Assembly: GCA_963754925.1 (NCBI GenBank)
Contig: CAVWHX010000004.1
Coordinates: 160,001 to 224,000, forward strand
Direction of reading: 5' to 3'
Length of the DNA: 64,000 nucleotides
Source of the DNA: an uncultured delta proteobacterium
Lineage (GTDB): Bacteria; Myxococcota; B64-G9
In this document: positions 1 to 9,639 of the stretch, piece by piece
How positions within the stretch are numbered: the stretch's first letter is position 1
How the letters are laid out: every line of letters starts with the position of its first letter
Notes under the pieces: model-generated
Told to the model about the DNA's origin: nothing
Database searches by the model: none
Seen by the model: only the letters and a program-made list of their open reading frames with translations
Made by a program: the position numbers and the translations under genes

Positions 1-1725
1 GGGAAGCTCGTACTCGAAGAAATAGCGCATGGTGAATAATTTCCCTTCATAAAAATTCCTGTCGGTTTCGGATGTGGTCGCCGAAAGTGCCTTCTGGGCT
101 GCGATGCCCTGCAACAGCCACTGCCACGCTATGCACACGACGCCCGACAACTCTAAATACAACGTCGCATCGCACAGGAAAAGATCCACCGCGCCCTTCA
201 TAGCGAGAGCGACCAGGGATCCCGTGACTTCCTGCAACAATGCAACGGCTTTTTGAAGTTTATCGGCGTACGGCGACAGTTCGACGATTTCTTTCGCTGA
301 AGCGATGGCCTTTGCGACTTCCTCGAGGTATAGCATCGCCGCCTTACCGTTTTTCATCACCACTTTTCGGCCCAGCAGGTCCAGGGCCTGAATGCCGGTC
401 GTCCCCTCGTGAATCGGATGAATACGTACGTCACGCAGATATTGCTCGACCGGAAACTCGTCGCTGTAACCGTAACCCCCGAGGCACTGGATCGCCTGGC
501 TGGTTGAGATAAGACCCATTTCCGATGGGTAACTTTTGACAATCGGGGTCAGGAAATCCAGAAGCAACTCGTATCGTTCCTTTTCTTCCCCTTCGGTGAC
601 TGCGGCCAGGTCGACCAGTTTGCCGGCAAAGACCAAGAGCGCCAAGGACCCTTCGATGATGGCGCGCTGCTGGAGCAACATGCGCTTCACGTCGGCATGT
701 TCGATAATCGGTATTTGGCTCTTGGTTGGATCCTTCTCGGTGATTTTTCTCCCCTGCAGCCGCTCCCGCGTGTACTCGAGCGCCGCGTAATAGGCGGCGG
801 ACGCTATACCCGCCGCTCCCATGCCGACCCCGATGCGCGCTTCATTCATCATCGTGAACATGTACCTGAGCCCCTGATGCGGCTCGCCCACCAGGTACCC
901 GCGGCAATCGCCGGCCTCCCCCATGCTCAGCTGGGCGATGGGCGCACCCCGATAGCCCATCTTATGATAACAGCCGGCGCAGTTGACGTCGTTGAATTCA
1001 AGCGCGCCGTCGGGCCGAATGCGCATTTTGGGAACGAGAAACAACGACAGCCCCTTCACCCCCGTGGGCGCTCCCTTGATGCGGGCCAGCATCAGGTGGA
1101 CGATATTTTCACAGCCATCGTGATCGCCCGCCGAGATAAACGTTTTCTGCCCTTGTATCAAATAATACCCGTCCTCGGTCGGGACCGCGGTCGTCCTCAC
1201 GTCGCTCAGGGAACTCCCCGCCTCCGGCTCGGTCAGCGCCATGGTGCCCTGCCATTTGCCGGCGACCATATTCGGCGCGTACGCTTCTTGCAGCTCTTTC
1301 GAACCAAAACAATATAAAAGATTAGACGCGCCCGTCGTCAATCCCGGATAGACGCTGAGTGAATAATTCGCTGCGGCAAACATGAACTGGCAGGCGGAAA
1401 ACACCGAAACCGGCATCTGTTGGCCGCCCTTATCGAGAGAGAAGGTGGCATTTATCCACCCTCCCTCGCCGGCCATGGCCATAAATGGTTTTACGGACTG
1501 GTGCACTTTTATGGTTGTTCCGCAATACTCCGGGGCTTTTTTATCCATCTGAGAACACACCGGGAACATAACATCGGTTGCAATATCTTTTGCCGTCTGC
1601 AGAATCATCTCAAAACTTTCTTTGTTATAATCTTTATAACGCTCATAGTTCACCAATGTCTCGATGCCATGAACCGCAAAAAGCGTGAACTTCAAATTCT
1701 TTTCGCTGAAAAATCGTTCTGCCAT
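1..1725 (-). CDS. Acyl-CoA dehydrogenase (3' end runs off window)
   Basis: Not in the ORF track (no stop in window). Manual translation from ATG at 1725: MAERFFSEKNLKF...WQGTMALTEPEAGSSL...GQKTFISAG...MFTMMNEARIGVG...QCLGGYGY...IHEGTTGIQALDLLGRK, all acyl-CoA dehydrogenase motifs. Confidence 0.93.
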   Translation of the reverse strand, partial: MAERFFSEKNLKFTLFAVHGIETLVNYERYKDYNKESFEMILQTAKDIATDVMFPVCSQMDKKAPEYCGTTIKVHQSVKPFMAMAGEGGWINATFSLDKGGQQMPVSVFSACQFMFAAANYSLSVYPGLTTGASNLLYCFGSKELQEAYAPNMVAGKWQGTMALTEPEAGSSLSDVRTTAVPTEDGYYLIQGQKTFISAGDHDGCENIVHLMLARIKGAPTGVKGLSLFLVPKMRIRPDGALEFNDVNCAGCYHKMGYRGAPIAQLSMGEAGDCRGYLVGEPHQGLRYMFTMMNEARIGVGMGAAGIASAAYYAALEYTRERLQGRKITEKDPTKSQIPIIEHADVKRMLLQQRAIIEGSLALLVFAGKLVDLAAVTEGEEKERYELLLDFLTPIVKSYPSEMGLISTSQAIQCLGGYGYSDEFPVEQYLRDVRIHPIHEGTTGIQALDLLGRKVVMKNGKAAMLYLEEVAKAIASAKEIVELSPYADKLQKAVALLQEVTGSLVALAMKGAVDLFLCDATLYLELSGVVCIAWQWLLQGIAAQKALSATTSETDRNFYEGKLFTMRYFFEYELP

Positions 1726-1803
1726 GATAGGTACCCTTCCTCGTATCGCTCGCTGGCCATGCAACTCCCTTTTTTCACTGGAAAGTTTTGATCCGCCGGG
1801 CGG

Positions 1804-2049
1804 CTACCTTTTTGCCTTTTCGGCTAATGCGATGATGAAGGACAGTTTGTTCGGGGGCGGAGATAGAAATATCGACTGTTCTTCCTCTGAATAGTGCTCA
1901 CCGATGAATGCACGTATGGGAAGCAGTTCATGCCAGCAATCGAGCACCTTTCGACACGGCAATCCGTCGGCAACCGTTCGGCAATACTTGAAATCCAATC
2001 GGTGGCCAAGCAGGCGACAATAGGCGTTTTGAAGGTCATACTGGTCCAT
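1804..2049 (-). CDS. Small Cys-rich hypothetical protein
   Basis: ORF between trpB2 and the acyl-CoA dehydrogenase, same strand; CRLLGH, YCR, PCRKVLDCW. Start placed at MDQYD. Confidence 0.65.
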   Translation of the reverse strand: MDQYDLQNAYCRLLGHRLDFKYCRTVADGLPCRKVLDCWHELLPIRAFIGEHYSEEEQSIFLSPPPNKLSFIIALAEKAKR

Positions 2050-2063
2050 CACGCGGTATGGTG

Positions 2064-3452
2064 TCACCATTTCCCCGTCTTTTTGATCGCCGGTTTCGGA
2101 TAGTGACTGATTTCTTTCATCGCGCTCTTAATGTCCTCCGCCGACAATTCATGATCTTGCAGCTCGCCGTGCAAATATTTGTCATAACCGACGAGATCCA
2201 TGAGACCGTTGCCGCTGAGATTGAAAAGAATGGTCCTCTCTTTGCCTTCTTCCTCGGCCTGTTTCGCTTTTCGTATGGTTGCGGCGACGGCATGGCTTGT
2301 TTCAGGAGCGATAATAATCCCTTCGGTCCTGGCAAAGGTCAATGCCGCCTGGAAACACTCGAGCTGGGGAATGGCCATCGGCGTGAACAAACCCTCGATG
2401 ACGCCCTGTGATACGAGCGGAGCCATGCCGTGATAACGCAATCCGCCGGCGTGAATGGCCTCGGGAACAAAACTGTGACCCAGAGAATGCATCGGCAGAA
2501 GCGGGGTCATTTTGGCTATATCGCCGTGATCGTACACAAACGGCGCTTTGGTTAGCGAGGGGCATGACGTCGGTTCGACCGGAATGATTTCGATGTTCGC
2601 GCCATTGATTTTGTCATGGGCAAAGGGAAAGGCCAGGCCGGCAAAGTTGCTTCCCCCGCCGACACAGCCGATGATGGTATCGACCTTCGCAACGCCCATT
2701 TTTTCGAGCTGTTTTTTCGCTTCAAGCCCGATGATAGTTTGATGCAGCAACACGTGGTTGAGAACACTTCCTAATGAATATCTCGTTTGCCCGGTTGGGT
2801 CGGTAACCGCCGCTTCAATCGCCTCGCTGATGGCAATACCGAGGCTTCCGGGAGTGTTTGGCGTTTTTGCCAGGACATCCCGTCCGGCTTTGGTCTCGGT
2901 GCTGGGGCTCGGGATGCAGGTTCCGCCCCAAACTTGCATCATGATTTTTCGGTAGGGCTTCTGGTCATAACTGATGCGGACCATGAACACTTTACATTCG
3001 AGCCCGACCAGCGCGCAGGCAAAGGCGAGCGCGCTGCCCCACTGGCCGGCGCCGGTTTCGGTGGTGAGTTTTTTTATCCCGAATTTTTTGTTGTACCACG
3101 CCTGGGCGACGGCGGTGTTCGGCTTGTGGCTTCCCGCCGGCGAGTTGCTTTCATTTTTGAAATATATTTTTGCCGGCGTGCCGAGATGCTTCTCCAGATT
3201 GACCGCGCGCTGCAACGGCGAAGGACGCCAGCGGTAGAGAAGATCCAACACCTCCTCCGGTATCTTGATCCATCGTTCCTGGCTCACCTCTTGCTCGATG
3301 AGGTTCATCGGGAAAACTGGCGCGAGTTGATCCGGCGATACCGGCTTTCCATCGGGGCCCAGCGGCGGCTGCAACGGATTGGGGAGATCGGCCGCTAAAT
3401 TGTACCATTGCCGGGGGATGTCCTCTTCCGAAAGAAATACTTTAGTTTGCAC
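2064..3452 (-). CDS. trpB2: Tryptophan synthase beta chain 2 (TrpB-like PLP enzyme)
   Basis: 462 aa; [11 protein letters not shown] (PLP lysine), [37 protein letters not shown]. Confidence 0.93.
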   Translation of the reverse strand: MQTKVFLSEEDIPRQWYNLAADLPNPLQPPLGPDGKPVSPDQLAPVFPMNLIEQEVSQERWIKIPEEVLDLLYRWRPSPLQRAVNLEKHLGTPAKIYFKNESNSPAGSHKPNTAVAQAWYNKKFGIKKLTTETGAGQWGSALAFACALVGLECKVFMVRISYDQKPYRKIMMQVWGGTCIPSPSTETKAGRDVLAKTPNTPGSLGIAISEAIEAAVTDPTGQTRYSLGSVLNHVLLHQTIIGLEAKKQLEKMGVAKVDTIIGCVGGGSNFAGLAFPFAHDKINGANIEIIPVEPTSCPSLTKAPFVYDHGDIAKMTPLLPMHSLGHSFVPEAIHAGGLRYHGMAPLVSQGVIEGLFTPMAIPQLECFQAALTFARTEGIIIAPETSHAVAATIRKAKQAEEEGKERTILFNLSGNGLMDLVGYDKYLHGELQDHELSAEDIKSAMKEISHYPKPAIKKTGKW

Positions 3453-3603
3453 AGAATTCTCCTTTCATGCCTATGAATAATGATCGTTACCCTGTCCTCG
3501 CTCGCACGATCAAGCCTAACTTGCATAGCAGAACACCTGGTCCATGGCAACTACAACCGCTATTTTCTGGAAAAGAACCTGCATATGAGCTAAAGTCAAT
3601 TCC

Positions 3604-5268
3604 ATGAAAATGATACAGATATCGCTGGAGGGAAATCCGCTCAAGGTGCCGGAAAATACCAATATCCTGGCCCTGGTCGCCGGAAAATCTGATCTCGGCC
3701 TGAAACGACCAATCGGCGCGATAGTTAACAATAGCATCGCTCAACTTGATAGCGGCCTCTACGAAGGAGCGGAAGTCAATTTCGTAACCGCCGAGAGCGA
3801 AGCCGGACAGGAGATTTACCGGCGCGGTTGCAGCCTGCTGTTGCTGGATGCCACCCGGCGTATCTTCCCTAACGTGCGCTTGGTGGTCGGCCAGTCGCTC
3901 GACAACGGTTATTATTTTGATTGGTTGGGCCAACCTAAGCTTGAGGCGCAACATTTGGTCCAAATTCAAAACCAAATGGCGAGTCTGGTGGCGGCTGACT
4001 TGGCCTTTGAGCCGGAGCGTTGCGGCGTGGAAGAGGCCCGTCGGCGCTTTCAGGAGCTTGGTCTGAGCGACCGCGTCGAGCTGCTCAGCACGTTCTGGCA
4101 CGAGACCATCCAACTCGTGAAGCTCGGATCGATTGTTGATGTCTTGCATGGTCCGATCGCACCATCGACCGGCTACCTGCCGTATTTTGGCCTTTCGCTC
4201 TACCCACCGGGGTTTGTCCTTCGTTTCCCGCAACACTCCTCCGACGAGCCGCTTGACCAACCGCCGCAAGGGCAGACAAAGCTTTTTGAAATCCACCGCC
4301 AAACCAGGGACTGGAACCGCACGCTTGGCATTGAAAACGTAGGCGAGTTGAACCGCGCCTGCCTTACCGACCAGATTGAGGAAATGATACGGGTATCGGA
4401 AGGCTTTCATGAAAAGCGCATCGCCGAGATAGCCGACACCATCACCCGCAACCGCCAACGGTCCAAAATCGTCTTGATCTCCGGGCCGTCGAGCTCGGGC
4501 AAGACGACGTTCCTTAAGCGTCTTTCGGTCCAGTTGCGCGTCAACGGCGTGACGCCGGTGGGGCTATCCATCGACAATTACTACCTCGATCGCAAGCACA
4601 CCCCCAAGGATCAAAAAGGCGACTATGATTTTGAGAGTATCGACGCCATTGATTTGGAGCTTTTCAACCAGCACTTGCTGCAGCTTCTCTCCGGCGATGA
4701 AGTCAGAACCCCACGCTTTGGTTTTGAGTCCGGGCAGCGGCTGCCGCAGGAGAAATCAATCATGCTTCGGCTGCGGCCGGAGGATGTATTGGTCGTCGAG
4801 GGCATCCATGGTCTTAACGATCGCCTTACCGCCCAGGTGCCCGCGGAAAATAAATACAAAATCTATATCAGCGCACTGACCCAATTATGCCTTGACGACA
4901 CCAACCGCATTCACACCACCGACGGGCGTCTGTTGCGCCGCATCGTGCGCGACCGGCTCTATCGCGGGTACGGTGTCGCGCAGACGCTGGCCCTGTGGCC
5001 AAACGTACGGCGCGGCGAGCATCGCAATATCTTTCCGTTCCAGGAATCCGCCGATGACATCTTCAACACCGCCCTGCCCTATGAAATGGCGGTGCTGAAG
5101 ATCTACGCCGAACGGTTTCTGCTCGAGGTTCCGCGTAATGACCCAAACTATTTCGAGGTCCATCGGCTGATGAAGTTCTTGGATATGTTTGTCGGAATCT
5201 TCCCCAACCGCGTCCCGCAAAATTCGATCTTGCGGGAGTTCGTCGGCGGCTCGACGTTTCGTTACTAA
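3604..5268 (+). CDS. Nucleoside (uridine) kinase family protein with N-terminal TGS/ThrRS-like domains
   Basis: P-loop ISGPSSSGKTT, YDFESIDAIDL, VEGIHGLN, RLLRRIVRD, NIFPFQESAD; N-terminus has GQSLDNGYYFD resembling the ThrRS N2 domain. Confidence 0.88.
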   Translation: MKMIQISLEGNPLKVPENTNILALVAGKSDLGLKRPIGAIVNNSIAQLDSGLYEGAEVNFVTAESEAGQEIYRRGCSLLLLDATRRIFPNVRLVVGQSLDNGYYFDWLGQPKLEAQHLVQIQNQMASLVAADLAFEPERCGVEEARRRFQELGLSDRVELLSTFWHETIQLVKLGSIVDVLHGPIAPSTGYLPYFGLSLYPPGFVLRFPQHSSDEPLDQPPQGQTKLFEIHRQTRDWNRTLGIENVGELNRACLTDQIEEMIRVSEGFHEKRIAEIADTITRNRQRSKIVLISGPSSSGKTTFLKRLSVQLRVNGVTPVGLSIDNYYLDRKHTPKDQKGDYDFESIDAIDLELFNQHLLQLLSGDEVRTPRFGFESGQRLPQEKSIMLRLRPEDVLVVEGIHGLNDRLTAQVPAENKYKIYISALTQLCLDDTNRIHTTDGRLLRRIVRDRLYRGYGVAQTLALWPNVRRGEHRNIFPFQESADDIFNTALPYEMAVLKIYAERFLLEVPRNDPNYFEVHRLMKFLDMFVGIFPNRVPQNSILREFVGGSTFRY

Positions 5269-5270
5269 TG

Positions 5271-5723
5271 TTATGGTGTTTGGGGTGCTGGATTAGGGGG
5301 CGATGGGTGAAAGAGTTCCGGGCCTGTGCCAAGTTGTTCACTTGTTGAAACTCTTTTCTGATACTCCCGGCAGTTGTTGTAGTTGACCCATCCCGAGATG
5401 GAAGCGGCAGCGTAGACTGCCGTAATGACAACAGTCCCAATCCCAATGGACCCATAAATAAGCCCGGCGGCGGCACAAACACCAGCATCCCTTTGGGCAT
5501 CGGTGCAGTTTGCTGTAGTGTTAGCAGCAAAACCAACCAGGAGTCCTGTAGCTATTGCAAAGACTCCGGTCCCTACTGTGTCCGCAATGGGGCCACCATT
5601 ACTGCATTCAATGTTTTCAAGAGGACCACTAGGCTTAGGAATGTGATTCCACCCAATCCACGAACAGCCGCTCTCAAAAACCAATAGCGTCATCAGCGCG
5701 ATCGTCATTATCGAAAGCCTCAA
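5271..5723 (-). CDS. Hypothetical membrane/lipoprotein, paralog B
   Basis: Signal-like N-terminus ending GCSW, two hydrophobic Gly/Ala-rich segments, Pro-rich tail; clearly paralogous to the upstream ORF. Confidence 0.75.
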   Translation of the reverse strand: MRLSIMTIALMTLLVFESGCSWIGWNHIPKPSGPLENIECSNGGPIADTVGTGVFAIATGLLVGFAANTTANCTDAQRDAGVCAAAGLIYGSIGIGTVVITAVYAAASISGWVNYNNCREYQKRVSTSEQLGTGPELFHPSPPNPAPQTP

Positions 5724-6271
5724 GGTATTTCTCCCTTCGGCGTCTCCGCGTGTGGTGGTGTTGGGTCGGAAGGTGACGGGCTAGAGGGAGCGGGTTCAGG
5801 GGGTGCCGACGTGGAGGGCGCTGGATTATCAACCGGTTTTTCAGGTGTCACCGGATGAAAAAGTTCTTGAGTTGTGCCGAGTTTTTCAATTTCATCAATC
5901 CGTTTATTATATTCTTGGCAGTTAGCATAATTTGACCATCCTGTCATAGTTGCTATGCTCCAGATTGCTGCCACGCCGATAAGGACACCACCAATACCGT
6001 AACGAACAGACGGGCCTAACCCACACATCTCAATTTTAGATTCGTCGCACTCTTTTTGGTCCCTTGCAGCTATTCCAAAGTCTATCGCCGCTCCCACTGC
6101 AAAAGCTATGGTCGCTATGGTATCGAAAGTGGCAGATCCTATTGAACAAGCGAGTCTCTGCCCATTGGCACCCTGGTCAGGAATTTTTTGCCAGTTGATC
6201 CAGGAACACCCTGTCGCAGAAAAAGATATTAGTACTATTATAACGCCCATCGAAAGTATCGAGGCTCTCAT
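5720..6271 (-). CDS. Hypothetical membrane/lipoprotein, paralog A
   Basis: Start taken at MRASILSM; SATGCSW lipobox-like site, two hydrophobic segments, Pro/Ser-rich tail; 4-bp stop/start overlap with paralog B. Confidence 0.75.
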   Translation of the reverse strand: MRASILSMGVIIVLISFSATGCSWINWQKIPDQGANGQRLACSIGSATFDTIATIAFAVGAAIDFGIAARDQKECDESKIEMCGLGPSVRYGIGGVLIGVAAIWSIATMTGWSNYANCQEYNKRIDEIEKLGTTQELFHPVTPEKPVDNPAPSTSAPPEPAPSSPSPSDPTPPHAETPKGEIP

Positions 6272-6479
6272 GAAAAATCTCCCCTGGTTTGACCGACTGA
6301 GAGCACCAGACTGATTCCATATCCGATGATAATCACTGCAAATGACAGTAATAAGAATAATCGACTCTTTGTTTTCATGTTTCTTCCCTCTAATCAAAGG
6401 ACAGAAATTGACACTCGTACGAGAGACGGTACACCTCGCACCGCATGCGATAACCTCTAACGATGTATTAAATTACTTG

Positions 6480-6600
6480 AGCAAATCTTGTACCAATTTT
6501 ACGCAACGGACATGATGCCACTAACACATTGAAATTATAATATATTTATTAACGTGTTCTTTTCCCCTCGAAATCAATATGTGTGTTTAATTTTCACACA
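6480..6600 (-). promoter_or_regulatory. Putative sigma54 promoter with IHF-like site and upstream palindrome
   Basis: Minus strand TGGTAC-AAGAT-TTGCT (GG-N10-GC) at 6480-6495; TTTCAA-TGTG-TTA (IHF consensus, 1 mismatch) at 6522-6534; TGTGTG-N9-CACACA at 6580-6600. Confidence 0.5.
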
Positions 6601-6642
6601 CTGTTTCGATTAGGAACATTGCGTTTTTGAAAATAATCTATC

Positions 6643-6670
6643 TTGACAATATTTCTATTATTGTGATAGT
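6643..6670 (+). promoter_or_regulatory. Putative sigma70 promoter/operator of the marR-efflux operon
   Basis: TTGACA at 6643, GATAGT 16 bp later; ACAATA...TATTGT inverted repeat in the spacer. Confidence 0.4.
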
Positions 6671-6700
6671 TTTATATTTGAAAGTAATTTGGAGGTGTTC

Positions 6701-7232
6701 ATGGTTACCTTGAAACCCGATGCAGATAGTTGTTCGAGTGGCTCTCTGTCTGATCTTCTCTTAAACGTGTTTAGCGAACTTCAATATCGCGCTATGGGAA
6801 ATTCGCTCGAGATTTTCAATGAAACGGGTCTCACCGTCCCCCAACTCATAACTCTGAATCTGCTTTCGGAGAAAAGCCCTCGCACGATCACTGAGATCTC
6901 CGAATACACCAAACTTTCCGTGGGCGCCACCAGCCACTTAGTGGATCGGCTGTATATCAAGAAACTAGTCGACCGCACCGAAGACGAACAAGACCGACGC
7001 CAAAAACGAGTTTCCCTGAAGCAGGCTGGGCGCGTCCACCGTGGATCGACTGATGCGGTCGCGCAGGGAAGGGCTTAAGGAAGCTCTGGAACTCCTTTCC
7101 GACAAGACCCGGGCTCGTTTTGCGGAAGCACTGACGTTGGTATTGGACGAAATCAAATCCACGAAAGGCACGCCGGCGAACGATGCGATGCGCTCCCCTA
7201 CTCGCTCAACGAATCCCGAGGTGTCTCAATGA
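6701..7232 (+). CDS. MarR family regulator (frameshift at ~7036)
   Basis: GLTVPQL..., wHTH LSVGATSHLVDRL, DEQDRRQKRV; helical C-terminus (DRLMRSRREGLKEAL) continues in the +1 frame; SD GGAGGT before ATG 6701. Confidence 0.85.
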
Positions 7233-8581
7233 CCGGTAGGTTCTTGGCGGCAACCATGGCGGTCATAGGAGTCGGCCTGATGCTTCCAACGACGGGAAGA
7301 AGCGCCGATACCGTATTGACGTTGGAAGAAGCGCTCAAGCGTTCCTTCGCCGTAAATCCGAGCGTTGTGGCGGCGCAGGCAAATTTAGATGCTTCGGATG
7401 AACGCGTCTACGAAACTCGTGCCGGATTTTTGCCTCAAGCGAACCTATCCGCCTCGTATCGAAGAGGCACCTTGAACATGGAACACTCTCCCACCATAAA
7501 TATTTCTTCGGTACCTCCTGATTTTAGGGATTTCATAAGTTACAAGAGTTGGAATAGTTTTGATAATTGGGCTTTTTCCTTAGTGATCAATCAGCTCATT
7601 TGGGATTTTGGGCGCACGAGCGGCGCGTACGCTTCAGCCAACGCCTCGCGGAACGCCTCTTCCTTCGATGTCCAGTCAACCAAGGATTCCCTCTGGTTGG
7701 CGGTCACCCAGGGGTACTTCGTAGTGCTTGCTACCCAAGAGCTGATCACCGCCGCGACCGACACCAAAAAGCAGATGGAAAAGCATCTTGAACAGGCTAA
7801 AGCCCAATACGAGGCCGGTGTCCGCCAACGTATCGATGTGACCCGCGCGACCTCCGACCTTGCATCAGCGCAACTGACGCTCGTCAGGGCAATCAATAAC
7901 CACCGTCTGGCGCGGGTAGCACTGAATAAAGCTATGGGCGTGCCCGACGCTACGGACTATCGTGTCGAACGCCCGACCAGCGCCAACACGGTCGAAGTCT
8001 CTTCATTAGAAGACGCGGTCGAGCAGGCCATTTTGCACCGACCGGAAACGCTGGCCTTGAAACAACGAGTCGAAGCGCTATCCGGACAGATCAACGTTGC
8101 TCAGTCTGCGTGGTACCCGGCCATTGCGGGGAATGCCGGCTGGAATTTCACCGGCTATCATCTCAACAACCTCCCCTACAACTGGGGGGTTGGCATAGCC
8201 ATCGCTTGGAATATCTTTAGCGGTCTTCAAACCATTCATGCCGTGCAAGAGGCCCATGACAATCAACGCGCGCAGCAGGCACAGTTGGCTAATTTAGAAA
8301 TCGGTATTCGGGCCGAGGTGGAAGGCGCCCTGGTATCATACCAACAGGCTCGCGGGAGCTTAACTCCGGCCCAAGCCCTCCTGGATTCAGCACAGGAAAC
8401 CATGTACCTCGCCGAAGGCCGCTACAACGCCGGCACCGGCAGCATTGTCGAGGTGACCGACGCCCAGGCGGTGCTCACACAGGCCAAGGCCGGCTTTATT
8501 CAGGCGGAATTCGACATCGAAACCGCGCGGGCGGCGCTGCTCAAAGCATTGGGCGCCATCGCCGGGTTACGAGGAGAATAG
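7229..8581 (+). CDS. TolC family outer-membrane efflux protein
   Basis: Signal peptide, LTLEEAL, QLIWDFG, RYNAGTGSIVEV; in an operon with MFP and RND genes. Confidence 0.9.
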   Translation: MTGRFLAATMAVIGVGLMLPTTGRSADTVLTLEEALKRSFAVNPSVVAAQANLDASDERVYETRAGFLPQANLSASYRRGTLNMEHSPTINISSVPPDFRDFISYKSWNSFDNWAFSLVINQLIWDFGRTSGAYASANASRNASSFDVQSTKDSLWLAVTQGYFVVLATQELITAATDTKKQMEKHLEQAKAQYEAGVRQRIDVTRATSDLASAQLTLVRAINNHRLARVALNKAMGVPDATDYRVERPTSANTVEVSSLEDAVEQAILHRPETLALKQRVEALSGQINVAQSAWYPAIAGNAGWNFTGYHLNNLPYNWGVGIAIAWNIFSGLQTIHAVQEAHDNQRAQQAQLANLEIGIRAEVEGALVSYQQARGSLTPAQALLDSAQETMYLAEGRYNAGTGSIVEVTDAQAVLTQAKAGFIQAEFDIETARAALLKALGAIAGLRGE

Positions 8582-8583
8582 GG

Positions 8584-9624
8584 ATGCGAAAATACGTTTT
8601 CATCGTGATTGCTCAAACGACCATGGCCCTTCTGATGATCGACTGTTCGTCCCGCACGGAAGCCCTCCCGGCTTCGGGAGCCGCCAACACACCGATAAGC
8701 GTCGAGACCGCGAAGGTGAATCTGGAAGACGTTCAGCGCGCCGTTGACGTTACCGGAACACTTGCCCCCTGGGAAGAAGCGGTTTTATCACTGGAAGCCG
8801 AGGGTCGGTTGGTTAAAGTGGCCGTGGACCTCGGCGATCCGGTGCGTAAAGGTCAGATACTGGCCCTGATCGCACCTCAGGAATACGAGTTCAAAAAGGT
8901 TCAGGCCGAAGCGGAGCTCGCCGCAGCCGAGTCGGATTTCAAGCGCACCCAGGACCTGGCCAAAAAGGAGATGAGCACCCCCCAGCAGCTGGACGAAAAC
9001 CGCAGGCGTGTGGAGGTCTCGCGCGCCGCGGCGGATCTGGCGCGCAAGAAGTTGGTCGATACGACCTTATTGGCCCCGATTGACGGCATGATTTCCAAGC
9101 GATTGATCAACGTCGGCGAATATGTTCGCATCGGAACGCCGGCGTTCCAAATTGTTCAGACCACCCCGCTGAAGCTCAAGGCCGATGTGCCGGAACGATA
9201 CGTGTCGGACGTAACCATCGGCGCAGCGGTGAATGTTGATTACGAGGCGCTGCGTGAAAAACCCTTGACCGGAACCGTCGTTCGCGTAAGCCCGATCGTG
9301 GCCGTCGACTCCCGATCTTTTCCGATAGAGGCCCGGATAGAAAATCCCCACGGATTGGTAAAGCCCGGAACCTTTGCGCACGCATCGATACTGATGGCAA
9401 AACCCGAAAAGGCGCTCACCGTCCCGGAAGCCGCGGTCACCGCTTTTGCGGGCACGCCGCGGGTGTACGTGCTTCAAAACGGCAAAGCGCGCGAACAGGT
9501 AATCGAGGTTTCAGAAAAAAGCAAAGGCCGCGTCATCGTGACCAAGGGTCTGCAAAGCGGGGATACGGTGATCGTATCCGGTCTGGACATGCTCTCAGAC
9601 GGTTTGCCGGTCGTGGCCAGGTAA
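8584..9624 (+). CDS. RND efflux periplasmic adaptor (MFP)
   Basis: Lipoyl halves VDLGDPVRKGQ and LLAPIDGMI, LVKPGTFA, GLQSGDTVIV. Confidence 0.92.
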   Translation: MRKYVFIVIAQTTMALLMIDCSSRTEALPASGAANTPISVETAKVNLEDVQRAVDVTGTLAPWEEAVLSLEAEGRLVKVAVDLGDPVRKGQILALIAPQEYEFKKVQAEAELAAAESDFKRTQDLAKKEMSTPQQLDENRRRVEVSRAAADLARKKLVDTTLLAPIDGMISKRLINVGEYVRIGTPAFQIVQTTPLKLKADVPERYVSDVTIGAAVNVDYEALREKPLTGTVVRVSPIVAVDSRSFPIEARIENPHGLVKPGTFAHASILMAKPEKALTVPEAAVTAFAGTPRVYVLQNGKAREQVIEVSEKSKGRVIVTKGLQSGDTVIVSGLDMLSDGLPVVAR

Positions 9625-9639
9625 ATTGGTGAACTAATC

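Noticed and set aside
74..1791. Several plus-strand ORFs in the track (e.g. 697-1317)
   Set aside because: Antisense shadows of the minus-strand acyl-CoA dehydrogenase that the track missed.
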